From: Styela clava
Taxonomy: Eukaryota
Length of the DNA: 64,000 nt
Reading direction: 5' to 3'
Assembly (NCBI RefSeq): GCF_964204865.1
Contig: NC_135261.1
Coordinates: 12,896,001 to 12,960,000 of the forward strand
Part shown: positions 12,201 to 24,997 of the stretch, in pieces
How the letters are laid out: each line of letters starts with the position of its first letter
Numbering within the stretch: position 1 is the stretch's first letter
The notes under the pieces: model-generated
What the model was told of the DNA's origin: nothing
Databases searched by the model: none
The model's input: the letters and a program-made list of their open reading frames with translations, nothing else
Program-made: the position numbers and the translations under genes

Positions 12201-15200
12201 ATCTGTATAAAGACAATGCAATAACAGAGATATATACATATATTAGGAGTTTTAAACTACTAAGAGTAACCTATATTTACCATTTTGAGAAAATTTGACA
12301 AAAGTTAATAGCTGAGTCATTAAATGGAATTTGGCCATGTTTTTACTGATACTAGAAGTCGAAGTCCCATATTCAGACTCAGCGTAGTAGGAATTTCAGA
12401 CTTTCATTGGTAATAATTGAAGGTAAAATTTCCAACAGAAAAGTAAAAAGCACTAATTTGACTAATTATGTTGAATATGCAATTACAGCTGGCTTGCATA
12501 CACTTTAAGTTTATGTACCGGTAATCATATTAAATTTTTCAGAGTTGCAGTAGGAACCAAAATTTCATTTATTCCTCGTATTGAGTTTTTCGGAGATGTG
12601 GTAGGAGTCGATAATTTCTTCTTACAAGTGTTGGAGTCAAAATTTTTTGTCAACCAATAGTCGAATCAAAATTTTTTTCCCAATAAATCACCAAATGTAT
12701 CATACCAATTCCAGTATCTTTCGCATGATTTCCGAAAACTCCAACACCCCTGCTTTTTGAGAATTTTCCATCTTCATAATTCAAATACTCTGTAACATAT
12801 TACCTTAGCTATTATTCTTTCAAAGATATGTCAGCAGATGACTTAATTTAAGACAAGCAAGGAATGAAAGGATTATAACATTTCATCAACTGATTAAAAT
12901 AGGATTTACAGAAACCCTCCAAAATGGTGTGCATGATAATTGCAAACTGAATTACTTAATAGACCAGATTTTTTTTATAGGTGTTTTAATACAAATAAAC
13001 TTCATTTATGATGCATAATTTCATTTGTTAGCTGGTAGTTGAATTAGCTTGCTATGGTAACCACTGATACAATAGCACAGGTTCTTGGGTCAGTTGATAG
13101 TCATAGTCACAAAATTCTGCCGTTTTATACAGAAAGATTTATTTTATTATGAAAGGTATTCTCAATATATTCATAGTACTGGTAATTTAAATACGATATA
13201 AAATAGGTTTCCCATATTTATCCTGAAGAGAGGAAAGTTGATAAGATGTCTTAACCATTTGGTGTACCACGGTCTCTCATCCGGTTACCAGACCATGTCA
13301 GGTATAGAATCAGTTAGCTAGTTTTTTGCTTTAGATGCAAGAACTTGATGGCAGAGGAAGCCATGACAAACCAGTGGTTCGTGAACCACAGTACAGCGGC
13401 GCGGAATCCAGCAATAATCTTTCTCCGGAATATAGAAAATCTTAAATTATAGTAGGAATACAATACCTGTGGCATTTAGATTTGAAACGAGTGTGTATTT
13501 GTCACTCGTACCCATTAGACAAGATGGAAATATAACTGAATGAAACGGCACATTATCCTTTGCCATGAAGTTGTAAAGTTCAACATTCTAAAATTTGAAA
13601 AAAAAAAATAAAATGATAAAAGTTGATCCACAAAAGTGAAGTGGACAGTGGTCTAAAAGTCATTGCAGTGGGTCAAGCTATCTTAGTGTCAATTCATGGC
13701 CCATTAGGCTCCGAACATGGACCTTTATAAGCAATTATTGATATTATATGATATGAAAGGAGTTTCTATGATTGGAAGGACTGGAATCTGGAAGTTTATT
13801 ATGCCCTGGGTGAGGTGGTGGGCATGGGATTCGAACCAGAGACGTGTAGCTTATGAGCCACCATAGTTAAGTGAACATGTAGCATTATACTTCTATGCTA
13901 TTAATCTGTGCTATTTATGATAATTACCTCAGGATTTTTCCACCATTTCTCCCAGTCTTTTGTATAATTCGCGGTTATTGAAATATAACCAATAGGTGCA
14001 TCAAACCAAACATAGAAAACCTAGGAATAAAATATGAAAACGTTAATAAAAATTTCATTTTAATGATACAGCATTTGCAATTACTATTTACTATTGTAAT
14101 GAAAACAAAAAATATCATAAAATCAGATATTTGAACTGGCATGAAACATCAAAGTCTTGGGTGTGAATGATCATAGTTTGGCGATTTTTTATGAAGCTGT
14201 GGGTCATTCATTTAACATTCGGGATGAACTTTAGTCATCGTCACATTATCATATTATAGCGGACCATAAGGCACACCGGGTTTTAATGCGCACCGTCAAC
14301 AAATTTCCTAGATTAGGGTTTTGTCCATACATAAGGTACACCACACTATAAGCCTCAATGGTTTTGAGGCCCTAACCAAGCTCATTAAACAAAATGGTTA
14401 TTATATTTGATCCAAAGAAAACGTAAAATGGTAGTTTGTTTATGAAAAATTAATTGATTTAAAGTATAAGCAATAAAGCACTACCTGATCAATACATTAG
14501 TAGACGCATTGGTTTATAAAGCGCACGATCCATTTTTGAAAAAAAAAGGGCTTAAAGTACGCCACTTATGCAGTACTAATAATGAATAACTGTTTTTGTG
14601 AATCCCATTGTATTCACAAATCTTTTTTTAATTATTGAAACGCTACCATAAACCTTATTTTTTAGGCAATTTTTTGTGCCTGTTTTTACTTTTCAATACC
14701 CAACAGGTGGTGCCATAGCGAAAACACTCAATACTCAACAGTAAATATATCATCTCAATATAAAATTGAAAAATTGTTGCAACAAGTAATTGTATATTCC
14801 TAAGTCATGCTGCCAGTAAGTAACAATTACCTTGTCTGTATATCCTTCCAGAGGCACAGGTGTTCCCCATTTCAGATCTCTAGTTATGCATCTTGGCTTG
14901 AGACCATCTCTCAACCAAGATTCTGTTATCATTTTTGCATTTGCTGTCCAACCCACATTTTCAAATGACTTCTTGAGATGTTCACGAAGTTTAGGTTCAA
15001 GCTGTAAAAAAGTAGATATATTTCATAACTAGAATATGGATTCATGGTAGAAATATGGTTAACATTATACATCAAAAATAAAAAAAATAAATAGGCAATA
15101 CCTTTGGCAAATCCACGAAAAGATGTTGAGAGGATCGAACTTCAGGTGGAGCACTACACATTTTGCATTTTGGATTCTGTCGAATATATGTAAACACAGT

Positions 15201-18200
15201 AAAAAAACTGACAAAAATATTTGGTATGAAATATATATCGTTACTAATAGCCAAGAAATCCCCATGTATGAATGGTCATTCCTGGTATATTAAATATTCT
15301 AGAGATATATTTACCTGGAATACCTGTAAAAAACCTGTAAATTTTTCGATTTTAAAGTATCAAAAAGACATAAAACAATGTTTTATCTGAATTTTCAACT
15401 TTGTTGGTGTTTGATTAGACTGGTTTGGCGAAGTAGCAATCAACAATGTTGAAATTTTAATGCTTACTTCTACCTATTAGCAAATAATCAAGCTTTGACA
15501 AAGGTGTCCATCTCGCCACAATATTATTATATTTTCGAATTTATTGGGAAAAAATAACAAAACCCACCTTCAATTCAACAGCATTGATTAGTTTACCACA
15601 CTTATCACATTGATCACCACGAGCATCCTCATATGTACAGAGTGGACATGTTCCTTCCACGAACCTTCAAAAGAAAATTGGCACTTACGCAGATTCGAAT
15701 ATTTTGTTAGGGCAATCCATGACAGATTTGTAGGTCAAGGTTAGATACAGATGAAAACTTAATGTTCATCGCTGATTGGTCTGCAAAGACTGTTTTGCGC
15801 TCTCAATGTGGACTAGCAAATTTGACACTCTAGGAGAGTTGATAACTTTAGATTGAATGACCTGTCTGACCATTCACAAACTACCCATTCCTGTCTGAAT
15901 AGTCAACATAGTTAGGAAACTACTAAAATCATTTAACTAGCCCGCCCATAATCGCAACACTTGAAAAATTACATGTGTAAATAATTGGCTCGAAAATATA
16001 TACCATGTATGGGTGAATCAATACAGCATACATAAATTTCTTAATTATTCAACAAAAATGAAGAAAATTTATTTAAGATTTGAAATTCTGTTTGTGTCTG
16101 ATGGTACTCAAACATTTAGTAATCTAGGACACTTTGCACGACAGTTAATTTTATCTAAAATATGTTCCAAATGACCTGAATTCTATTTTTTGGTTACCCT
16201 GTATATAATCTATAATGCACATCTTTGACTTCATCAAAAACTCAAGCTCAAGTCCAAAAATCTTCAGCAAAAAAAGTCTTACCTGTCAGCTAGGAATCGA
16301 TTGCACTGAGCACAATATAATTGCTCAACAATCTGTGGTTGAAGATATCCATTTCTATGAAGGTGCCAAAATATGTCTTGCGCAATACTAGAAATAATTG
16401 ATAAATAATGAAAGAGAAAGGCTAGAATTTTTTTCTAACTGAAAATATTTATTTTCATCTTACACAGTCTGTTTTTTTGTTGTTGTCCTTCCAAAATAAT
16501 CAAAATCAATGTTAAACCAATCATAAACCTCACAATGCAGTTTATTGTATTTGTCACAAATCTATAAAATGAATGCAACAATTGTAGAATCCATAAAAAC
16601 GAAATGAAATTGCAAGACTAGATGCTAACTATTCCAATTTTTAATCCCAAATTTAAGTACCGGTAATAATTTTGGTTGAGTCAAAGTATACAAGCACCAT
16701 TAAAATATGAAGAAAGTTAGGCCCCCAAAATAAGGACATTTTGTACTAGCCCCATATCTAGCGTGAAAAACCATACAATACTAATCAGACTACAAAGTTT
16801 GCTTGAAGAGTTACCTGCTGAGGGGTCACTCCTTCCTGTGCAGCCTTTGTTTCAGTAGCTGTTCCATACTCATCCGTTCCACAAATGTACAAAGAATTCC
16901 AATGTCTCAGACGACAGTATCTTAAAATCAAATAATGAATTATTTTTATTTCAAATCAATAACTTGTGTGGATATACTCCATACTTCCCACAACTAAGTC
17001 AATCTTATATGAAGCAGTGTTTCATGCACAAAAATTTAAAACTGAGCTGAAAAATTCGAAAAAATGAATCTGACATGGACTGGAATTCGTTTGACCTCAA
17101 GACTGCACCTATGTAGCAGTAGACCCCACGCTGTAAAAACATCAAAATTTATTCGTCATAGTAATTATGAAAGTATGTACGGTAACTATGACAAAATCAG
17201 TTTGTTGAGTCTTGAGTTTTGCATGACATTATTGAAGTCTGAGTCGGGTATCAATTTTCTTGACTCCGCAGACCTACTCAAAACAGTATTACAAGAAATA
17301 TCATGTGGCATGAAAAAATATATCACCGGGAGAACACGTCAGCACTCAATACACATCCAATTATATTTCCCAAGTGAGGAATGTTGTTTACATATGGCAG
17401 GGCACTCGTAATGAGTATGTTCCTCTTTCCAGGTTGAGGCAATCTGAAAACAAAAATAAAAGAATAGTGATGATTATTAATTAAAGGAACAACAATAATA
17501 CACATTTTACATTCAGACTCATTACATTCATTGGTCATATTTGATAATATTGCATAAATAATAGGAGTACGGTAATTAGTCTTGACGATGTATTCGTGAA
17601 ATTTATAACACATTATTAACACGACAAGTTTTTGGCAGTATCATGATTTCATGAACACCTGTAATTTGTGCCGGTTGCCAGATAGACATATTCTTGCCAA
17701 TGGCAAAAAATCCAAATAAGAAGGACAAACAAAAATGTATATGTACTTTGATTAAGGATTCTTACGATAAAACGCGAGCATAGCCCTGGCCCTTGACTAA
17801 TCTACTACGTATACTCTTTGTATTTGTAAGATTTAATTTATTGAGACTGAAAAAATAAAATTATCTTCAACAACCCGATTCGATTGTTGACTGGCAATTT
17901 TAGGGTAAAATATATCAATTTTTATGTTTGTCATCAACAAGAAAAAAAAAATGTGGCCTTTGCTGTGAAAACCCACCCCTGACTCAAAAATTGTCTACAA
18001 TAAAAATTTACATAGGATGTTGCCGGTCATGGTGTTTGATTCCTTTTGTTCCTTTATTCCATGCTAATTTTGCTTCATCAATTTCTTTTTGAGAAATTTT
18101 TTCCACTTCCTAAAACATAGGAAAGTAATGTAACGTTTCGCGCACCGCACACCATTCAAAATATGCATGTAGCATATTTCCGCGGACCGCACATTTTTGA

Positions 18201-21200
18201 TTGTGAGCCGCATTGTATATATGCTTCTGCAGAGCCTTGTTTAGAGAAACAGGCGATAAATGCATTGTTTAAAAATTAACAGAGATTATTTATCCATTGA
18301 TTTCCGATTTTTCAACTACAGTGAATTTCACAACTATCTATCTGTGTGTCTGGATAGATATATAAAGAAGGAAAAGGGCCCATACCAAGAAAACAAATTA
18401 AGACAAAATTTAATATACTAAAAATATTTAAAATTAAAATTGGAACACTTTCAACCACTATAGACTATTCTTAAGATGAGTTGTGTTAGGTTAAATTTAT
18501 CAGTCATTTTGAATATAGTAGTTCACGATAAATTATCTGTAACTCAGCTATCATTATTAATTACAGAACCCTAGAAATAAGACAAAATATTACCTTGTTT
18601 ATTTCGCCGGCTGAATTGTTTCCATGAGAATTCATTTCAGATGAATGATATGATTGAGTTACTTTTTGAGATGATTTAAACACAGCAGAGAAATAAGACT
18701 GAAATGAATCATAGAAACATAGAAAATCATAGAAACACAAAACAAGTGAAACAAAAAACAATTTTAGTCAATTTTATGACAGAAAGATGTTTGTCTATGC
18801 AGCCCATGCTTGATGCATACAAGATAATGTTTATTTGTCTTCCATGACTATTTTTTGCCGTATCGGAAAGAATTTTGTTCGCCTGGGACAGAAGTCGGCA
18901 GAATTTTAAAATTGCCCAGTGTTGCGAGTCAAAATTTTAATTTAAATTGAAGGCAATCTCGACCTGAACATATCTGTACTTGGGAATAGCAAATGGCATA
19001 ATATTGACATAATTGAATATACCGTACCCTTCCCTACACTCAACCAACACTTATTCCAACAAAAGGTCATAATAACGAAATATTAAAACCAGATATGACT
19101 GTGCAAATCAGCATACGTCTTGCTTTATATATACACTATATTCACCACTTCGTGAAAACCCCACACGACGTAGCATACTCAATAAAGCACGTTCACAAGA
19201 ATAAGAAATGTCATCTTGTAACATTATTACACACTTGGCAATGAATATAGTAAATATAATCACGAACTAAATTCGTGTCACATTCAAGCAGTATATATAC
19301 GGTAATGACCATGGTTATGTATGTCATGATAAATGGCAATATCCTATACTTTGGGAGGAAGCAGTAATAAAAAAGTAAAACATTGATGAAAAATTACCAT
19401 TTCATGTGACAGCAATATTAGAGCATCCTAATTATAGCTTAATAATATCATGAACATTCATCTCACCTTGAAGTTGTCGACATATTGATCATTCTGACAT
19501 ATTTCATTTAATGCAGCAATAAAAAATGATGACTTCACGTGCTCAAGAATAAATGAGAAGAGAGATGGGTAATTTTTAGATAACTTCGCTGATATAGCTG
19601 ATGATTGATAGAATACTGGATACAATATACAAGCAAACACACATTGGAGAACAGGATCCTAGACAATATAGGTTAAGAATGTTGAATTTTTCTTTACTTT
19701 AATTAAACAAAACAGCAATGATCTTATATATGTAGGCTACACAAAAGCCAATTGACTAATAAGGATAAAAATTATTAAATTCAAGCAAAATGTCAAAAGA
19801 ATTAAACCAAATGTCATATATAGGTGTGCCCATTACACAACCCCACAAGAACAACAACATTTCCTTAATACAATCATCCATAGGTCAACTTTATGTCTAA
19901 TGAAATTTCTGTTATTATTAAAGTTAAGGCGTTCAGGCAAATATTGTATTTATCTATTTACAATCACCAAAACATCAATATTTATTTCATATCTGATCAT
20001 ACAGACATTCAAAAAGCATAAAAATTGCTACTTTGGTAGGCGATCTCAGTGTTGTGCAATCTCACTGATTTTAGTTAGGGTTGAATTTAGTGAGAATGTC
20101 TTTACTTGTTCACATAATAATAATAATCTCTTTTATAGGGAAAAACAGAGCAGAAAGAAATTCTAAGTTTTTAAATTATTTTTTACATAATTTAATAGTT
20201 ATACTCAATAGAACAAACATTATTCAAATTTTAATTATTTCAAATAAAACCTTTTGCAATCCATCTGATTTCCATGCCGACTCAAGTGTTGTTAAAGCAG
20301 TTTGCAAAATATTTTGAGAGTCCGCATTTGATTCATTAACACAAGCAGCAGCAATTAGATTTCTAAGGCAGTTATGTTCCCATTCTAACCATCGTAAAGT
20401 AGAAAATTGGTGTTTATATCCAGAATGATTGGTGTCGTAAAGATATCTAGAAATAAATAATCAATCCTGAAATTATAATTAAGTTTGTCAATATAGATTA
20501 ATGTTTAAAACACAATTCCTTGTTAGAAACATTCCAATCCAATATTATTGTTGTTATTCATAGCAACATGTTAAAAAAGCAAATAAATGAATTTCGCCCA
20601 TTTAAGCTTAAGATCTATTTTCAAAGCCTATTTACAGATGAGCCACAGATAATGATAGCTTTGATACATTGTGCATCACTACCTAATATTGTTTAGACAT
20701 GTTTTATAATTTTTTTTGTTAATTAAATAGACAATGTTTTACTCTACTCAGTTATTGCAAAGAATATTTATGTGAGAGTAGCTGGTGTATGCCCAGTTAA
20801 ATCCTTTTTTGTTATCTATTATAATCAACTGGGCAAGATCTCTGAGTTTCTTAAAATAGCAATTCATCTGATACAATAACTATTTTAATACAGCAATCAC
20901 AAAATTAATGACAGGCACTCAAATCTGGAGATTTTGTCCAGCAAACTACAAGTAACATTATATCAACAACTAGTATTATAATAGAAAAGCACATATGTTA
21001 GTGGCATTAAAATTCCTTGAATGAAAGGCATACTTGCAGAGAACATAATAGAGTTTTTGTCCACCTAAAATATAATAGCCGTACTTACTTAACAACAGCA
21101 TTCGCAGAAAAGAGTTTTGTTCCTGATGCAAGAGTGAAATTAAACACAGCACCTTGAAAATGAAAATTAAATTTTTTAAATATCGACAACGCAAAATGCA

Positions 21201-21779
21201 GATAGAAACTCCTTTCTCTCCCAAAAAGGCTGTGTATAAGCAGCCATTGCTAGATAAGGAGTTAGTTTAGTTTAGATAGCCTGCGTGAAATGGTGGGCAT
21301 GATATTTGAACCCCTGATTTCAAACTGCGATGCCCTAACAGTCAAGTCTAACCATTCAACCACTAGGTGACCAGACCCACAAAATGAGTTAGAACAACTA
21401 TGAGCACAACTATTTATATATCTTGATAATGATACGGTTTTACATATTTATCCCGGAGAAGTTGGAAAGCCAAAAGGAGGGCTTAATCATATGGCTTCTT
21501 GTCCGGCTACCAGTCCATGTCGGGTATGGTATTAGTTAGCCAGTTATTTGTTTCAGATGCATGGACTGGATGGTATGGTGAAATATGGTCTGACATAGCC
21601 AAAGTAGACACAATAATCTTAAAGGTAAGGATTCTTTAAAAGTGGATTATTTTAAACTTCAATTATGAACAATTACCATCAGATATTTTTGAAATTTTCA
21701 CATCCTTCTTGAATACCTTGCATGCAACAACTGATTTCAATAACTCTGGTGAAACGGATGATTCAACATGATAAGCCAT
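9296..21779 (-). CDS. MARS1: Cytoplasmic methionine--tRNA ligase, 22 coding exons, 902 aa. Exons: 21677-21779, 21089-21152, 20251-20446, 19467-19658, 18594-18698, 18012-18109, 17327-17443, 16815-16920, 16464-16561, 16283-16387, 15568-15664, 15102-15176, 14831-15001, 13928-14020, 13467-13587, 12706-12789, 12073-12202, 11446-11577, 11171-11275, 10515-10701, 9875-10042, 9296-9457
   Basis: All junctions GT-AG and in frame (2709 nt); N-terminal GST-like region (RWLEWE), [16 protein letters not shown] (HIGH), CGTDEYG, zinc knuckles, [27 protein letters not shown]-terminal WHEP-like domain. Confidence 0.96.
13215..13420 (-). mobile_element. SINE family A copy (partial)
   Basis: Similarity to 820-1125. 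Confidence 0.6.
21435..21570 (-). mobile_element. SINE family A copy (partial)
   Basis: Similarity to 820-1125. Confidence 0.6.
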
Positions 21780-22118
21780 GGTGCTTTCTTAACAAATATA
21801 TAACTATTTCCAACTGCAAAATTAATCTAAAAAATGCAAAATATGAATACATATACAAGTTGCTATTAATAATACTTCAAGTAAGAAAATAATATGAAAT
21901 ACTTTACCTATTGTTTGTTTACTTCAGCTTTCAAGTATCACATCACATTTATGTTTCAAAACTACGTTTAAAGAATATATATTCAAAGAATATCAACATA
22001 AAATATGATTCAAAAATACCAGACAATAAAGAATTTAATAAAACAATTTGACATGGCAATAATATGTATCACCTAAAAACATATACACTTTTATAAACTA
22101 TGCTCTATCATTGTTCAG

Positions 22119-24184
22119 TTATTTCACATATTTTTTGATTGTGCTAAACATGTTGATGAGATTGCTCCTTTTACGCTGGACATCAGAGAGATCTTTGGCA
22201 CTAAAAAATACCATCCCAGTACGCTGTTTCCGAAGAATGTAGTTTTGAAATTTCTTGCCGTTTTCATACCTAAACATAGATGACTCAGACGATAGCCATG
22301 CTGCATAGAAACACCTCATGACAACTGCCCCAAGACTATTCTGCACTATGTTACCAATGGATTAAATCAGAATCCTGTTTAAAACTAAACGCAATCCAAC
22401 TTCAAGATGACATATTTATAAGCCCGATAGGACCCCATTGTTACATTTCCTTAGTATTAAAAGCACACTATCATTGTATCTAATATCCTTTTCAATTTAA
22501 TCCCATATAACTTCTATGATTCAAATCCTAATTTTGAGTGAAGTGTCAAATCTTATGCAATGGTTCAGGTTTGACTCCAAACAAGGCCTTGCATATGCCT
22601 AGCCTGTGATGTACATGTGGCTATTTATCCATCCATTATCGGTAACAGAATGTTTCTAGTTTGGAATATAAAGTATAGCCTACCAATTTATTAAACCATG
22701 AGTGGTGGGCATAGGACAGCGACAAAAATATTCCTACGGTGGCAGGGATAGATAACAGAACCCCAGTTGCATATATGCCACGATGACATATGAATCAAGT
22801 GTGGTCAATTTAGTTAACTTTAAAATAATTTGTTTTACAGATTTCTTTATATATGCCATTTTTTTGACAATATGATTTTGTCTTGACTCCATTTGTCACT
22901 ATCTTTATAATATTTCAAATTTTAGGTTATTGAATAATCAAGAGAAATTCTACTACTGTCGAATACAGCACTTGCATCACTAAAAGTTTTCGTCTCGTGT
23001 ATGCTTTCGCAACACACTGCATTTCAAATGTAAACAAACCTAACGTAGTTTATATTTCCATCATCAGTTTAAAACTATTAGGTATGTTTGGTCATCTATA
23101 CAATGTTGGTAAATGCATCATAAGTACTTCTAGGGAGTACATTGGTCAGGGGTTGCGACCCCGAATTGGGTCAGAGTGATAAGTAGGTAGGGTCGCTGAG
23201 GTATGGTAGAGGATGGATGTACAAAACATCTAAGATTTGACAAACTATGTTAAACTTAGCAGTTGGTACCATGGCTTACTGTAAAACGGGCCCATAGGCA
23301 TCGCTTCATTCTTATACTATAGAAAATGTAGGTGATGATTGTGACATCACTGTTTGGTTTTAGCTTATTTTATTTAATACCACCACATGATCAAACTCCA
23401 GTCCAGTGAAGGAAGCTCTAAAGTTCCATGAAAAATATATATATTGACCTGGGGTCGCACTGGACACTTGAAAATTGTCCTTGGGTTTGTCCTGAAAAAA
23501 GCTTGGGAACCCCTGACATAGGTCTGTAGGTACTCCTATTGGCTATTTTTGAAAATATTTCGAAATGGCCTAATATTTTTGAATATTCAGATATTATATG
23601 TTCTAAATTGAGTTGTTAAATTATCACAAATCACTGTAGCCTATATTCAGAGATTGTTTTTACATTACAGAGATTTTAAGAAGATGTACTTTTCAATTTG
23701 GTGGCTGCTTTATTACCGCAGTGCCATTATCACGGGTAACAAGCGTCCGACACCAATTGGGCAGAATAATATAATTTTCTTGATTTTATGAGAATAAACT
23801 AAATCATTTTCACAAATCATTGCAGCCTATATTTCTGTAGTTAGAGAGATCGTTCTTACATTACAAAAATGTTAAGATGAACTTTTCAATTTTATGGCTG
23901 CTTTTCTAGACTACCGCAGTGGCATTAGCACAAGTTTAACAAGCATGAGCTGAGCATCCGATACCAATCTGCCAATTCTGCAATTGGACAGAATAATATA
24001 AGTTTTTCAATTTTATGAGAATATACTAAATCATTTTCATAATTAGGGATAATCTTATCAAATACCTAGGCCAGTAGGCTATAATTAACTAAAACATATT
24101 CAAATAATAGATCATGATTGATTTTGGACATCCTGGGCAAAAGCACTACGGTAGTCTTCTATCTTTCATTAGACTCTTAACCAT
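22119..24184 (-). CDS. Small 4-exon gene, 90 aa basic protein, possibly a divergent mitoribosomal mL51-like protein. Exons 24150-24184, 23280-23316, 22684-22733, 22119-22269
   Basis: Three GT-AG introns with matching phases (2,0,2) give the uninterrupted MVKSLMKDRRLPIRMKRCLWARFTEYFCRCPMPTTHGLINWYENGKKFQNYILRKQRTGMVFFSAKDLSDVQRKRSNLINMFSTIKKYVK*; the identity is an inference from remembered motif spacing. Confidence 0.6.
23625..24039. repeat. Diverged tandem duplication, 2 units of ~190 and ~225 bp
   Basis: aaatca(c/t)tg(t/c)agcctatatt...taccgcagtg...cagaataatataa...ttttatgagaata.actaaatcattttca occurs twice. Confidence 0.8.
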
Positions 24185-24346
24185 CTAAGCAAGAATACAA
24201 TTGAATTGAACTAAAGCACTAAATTGGACCCTTTCTGCATTTATACCCACCAATCTAACATAAAACAAACACAATAAGGCTTCAAGCAGTCTTTATTCCC
24301 TTGAAAATTTGATGTTATTATCGAGTTAGATGATAAACCACAATGT

Positions 24347-24622
24347 TTAGGATTCCTTTTGGTCTCTAAGACGCTTGATTCCATATTTTACGGTGGCAGC
24401 TGTTGTTGTTTCGGGGACCCAGGCGCCTCCAGCAATTTTTCTGTTCAAAGATTTGCAGTGCCAAATACCAACCGCCAATCTTCGGAGGTCATCTTTTCCG
24501 CTGGGACCAGTGTACTTCTTGTGTTGTGATACTTCCATACGCTTGATCAACTTACGGAGTGATGCACCATAACGGGTACCATATTTCCCCACAATTCCAA
24601 CTTTCTTTGTACGTTTAGCCAT
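24347..24622 (-). CDS. RPL37A: Ribosomal protein eL43 (L37a), intronless CDS, 91 aa, degenerate zinc finger
   Basis: [24 protein letters not shown]...AVGIWHC...AGGAW; AATAAA at 24292-24297 on the minus strand. Confidence 0.95.
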   Translation of the reverse strand: MAKRTKKVGIVGKYGTRYGASLRKLIKRMEVSQHKKYTGPSGKDDLRRLAVGIWHCKSLNRKIAGGAWVPETTTAATVKYGIKRLRDQKES

Positions 24623-24997
24623 AACTATTACAGTACAAACCACCGTGAAGAAATCCTAAAGCAAAAGACAGAAGAGACGTGAAAACACAACAGCGCCCTC
24701 TTCAGGATACTGCCATCTTTCGGCGTGTTAGAAACAAGTAACTTTATGAAAATGATTTTATTTGCATTAATTTAGTAAAAAAATAAATAAAAATATATAA
24801 CCAAGTAAATATAACTTATAAATTAAAACTAATTATTTTCCGGTATGGAGTAACTGTAACCTGAAAATGCAACAACTCGCAATGGTGTTGATTCATAACA
24901 AACACACGTGTCTTCGTGTGCTTGTCAGCTCAACATATTTTGCTTGGACAGGTGATCGCGACTTCAACCATTGGAACTTCAAATAATAAGAGATAAA
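24623..24997. promoter_or_regulatory. Bidirectional promoter between RPL37A and TSR1
   Basis: Divergent ATGs 375 bp apart; TCT-like pyrimidine tract (minus strand, ~24661-24677), CTCF-like cagcgccctcttcagg (24691-24706), YY1-like gccatctt (24712-24719). Confidence 0.7.
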
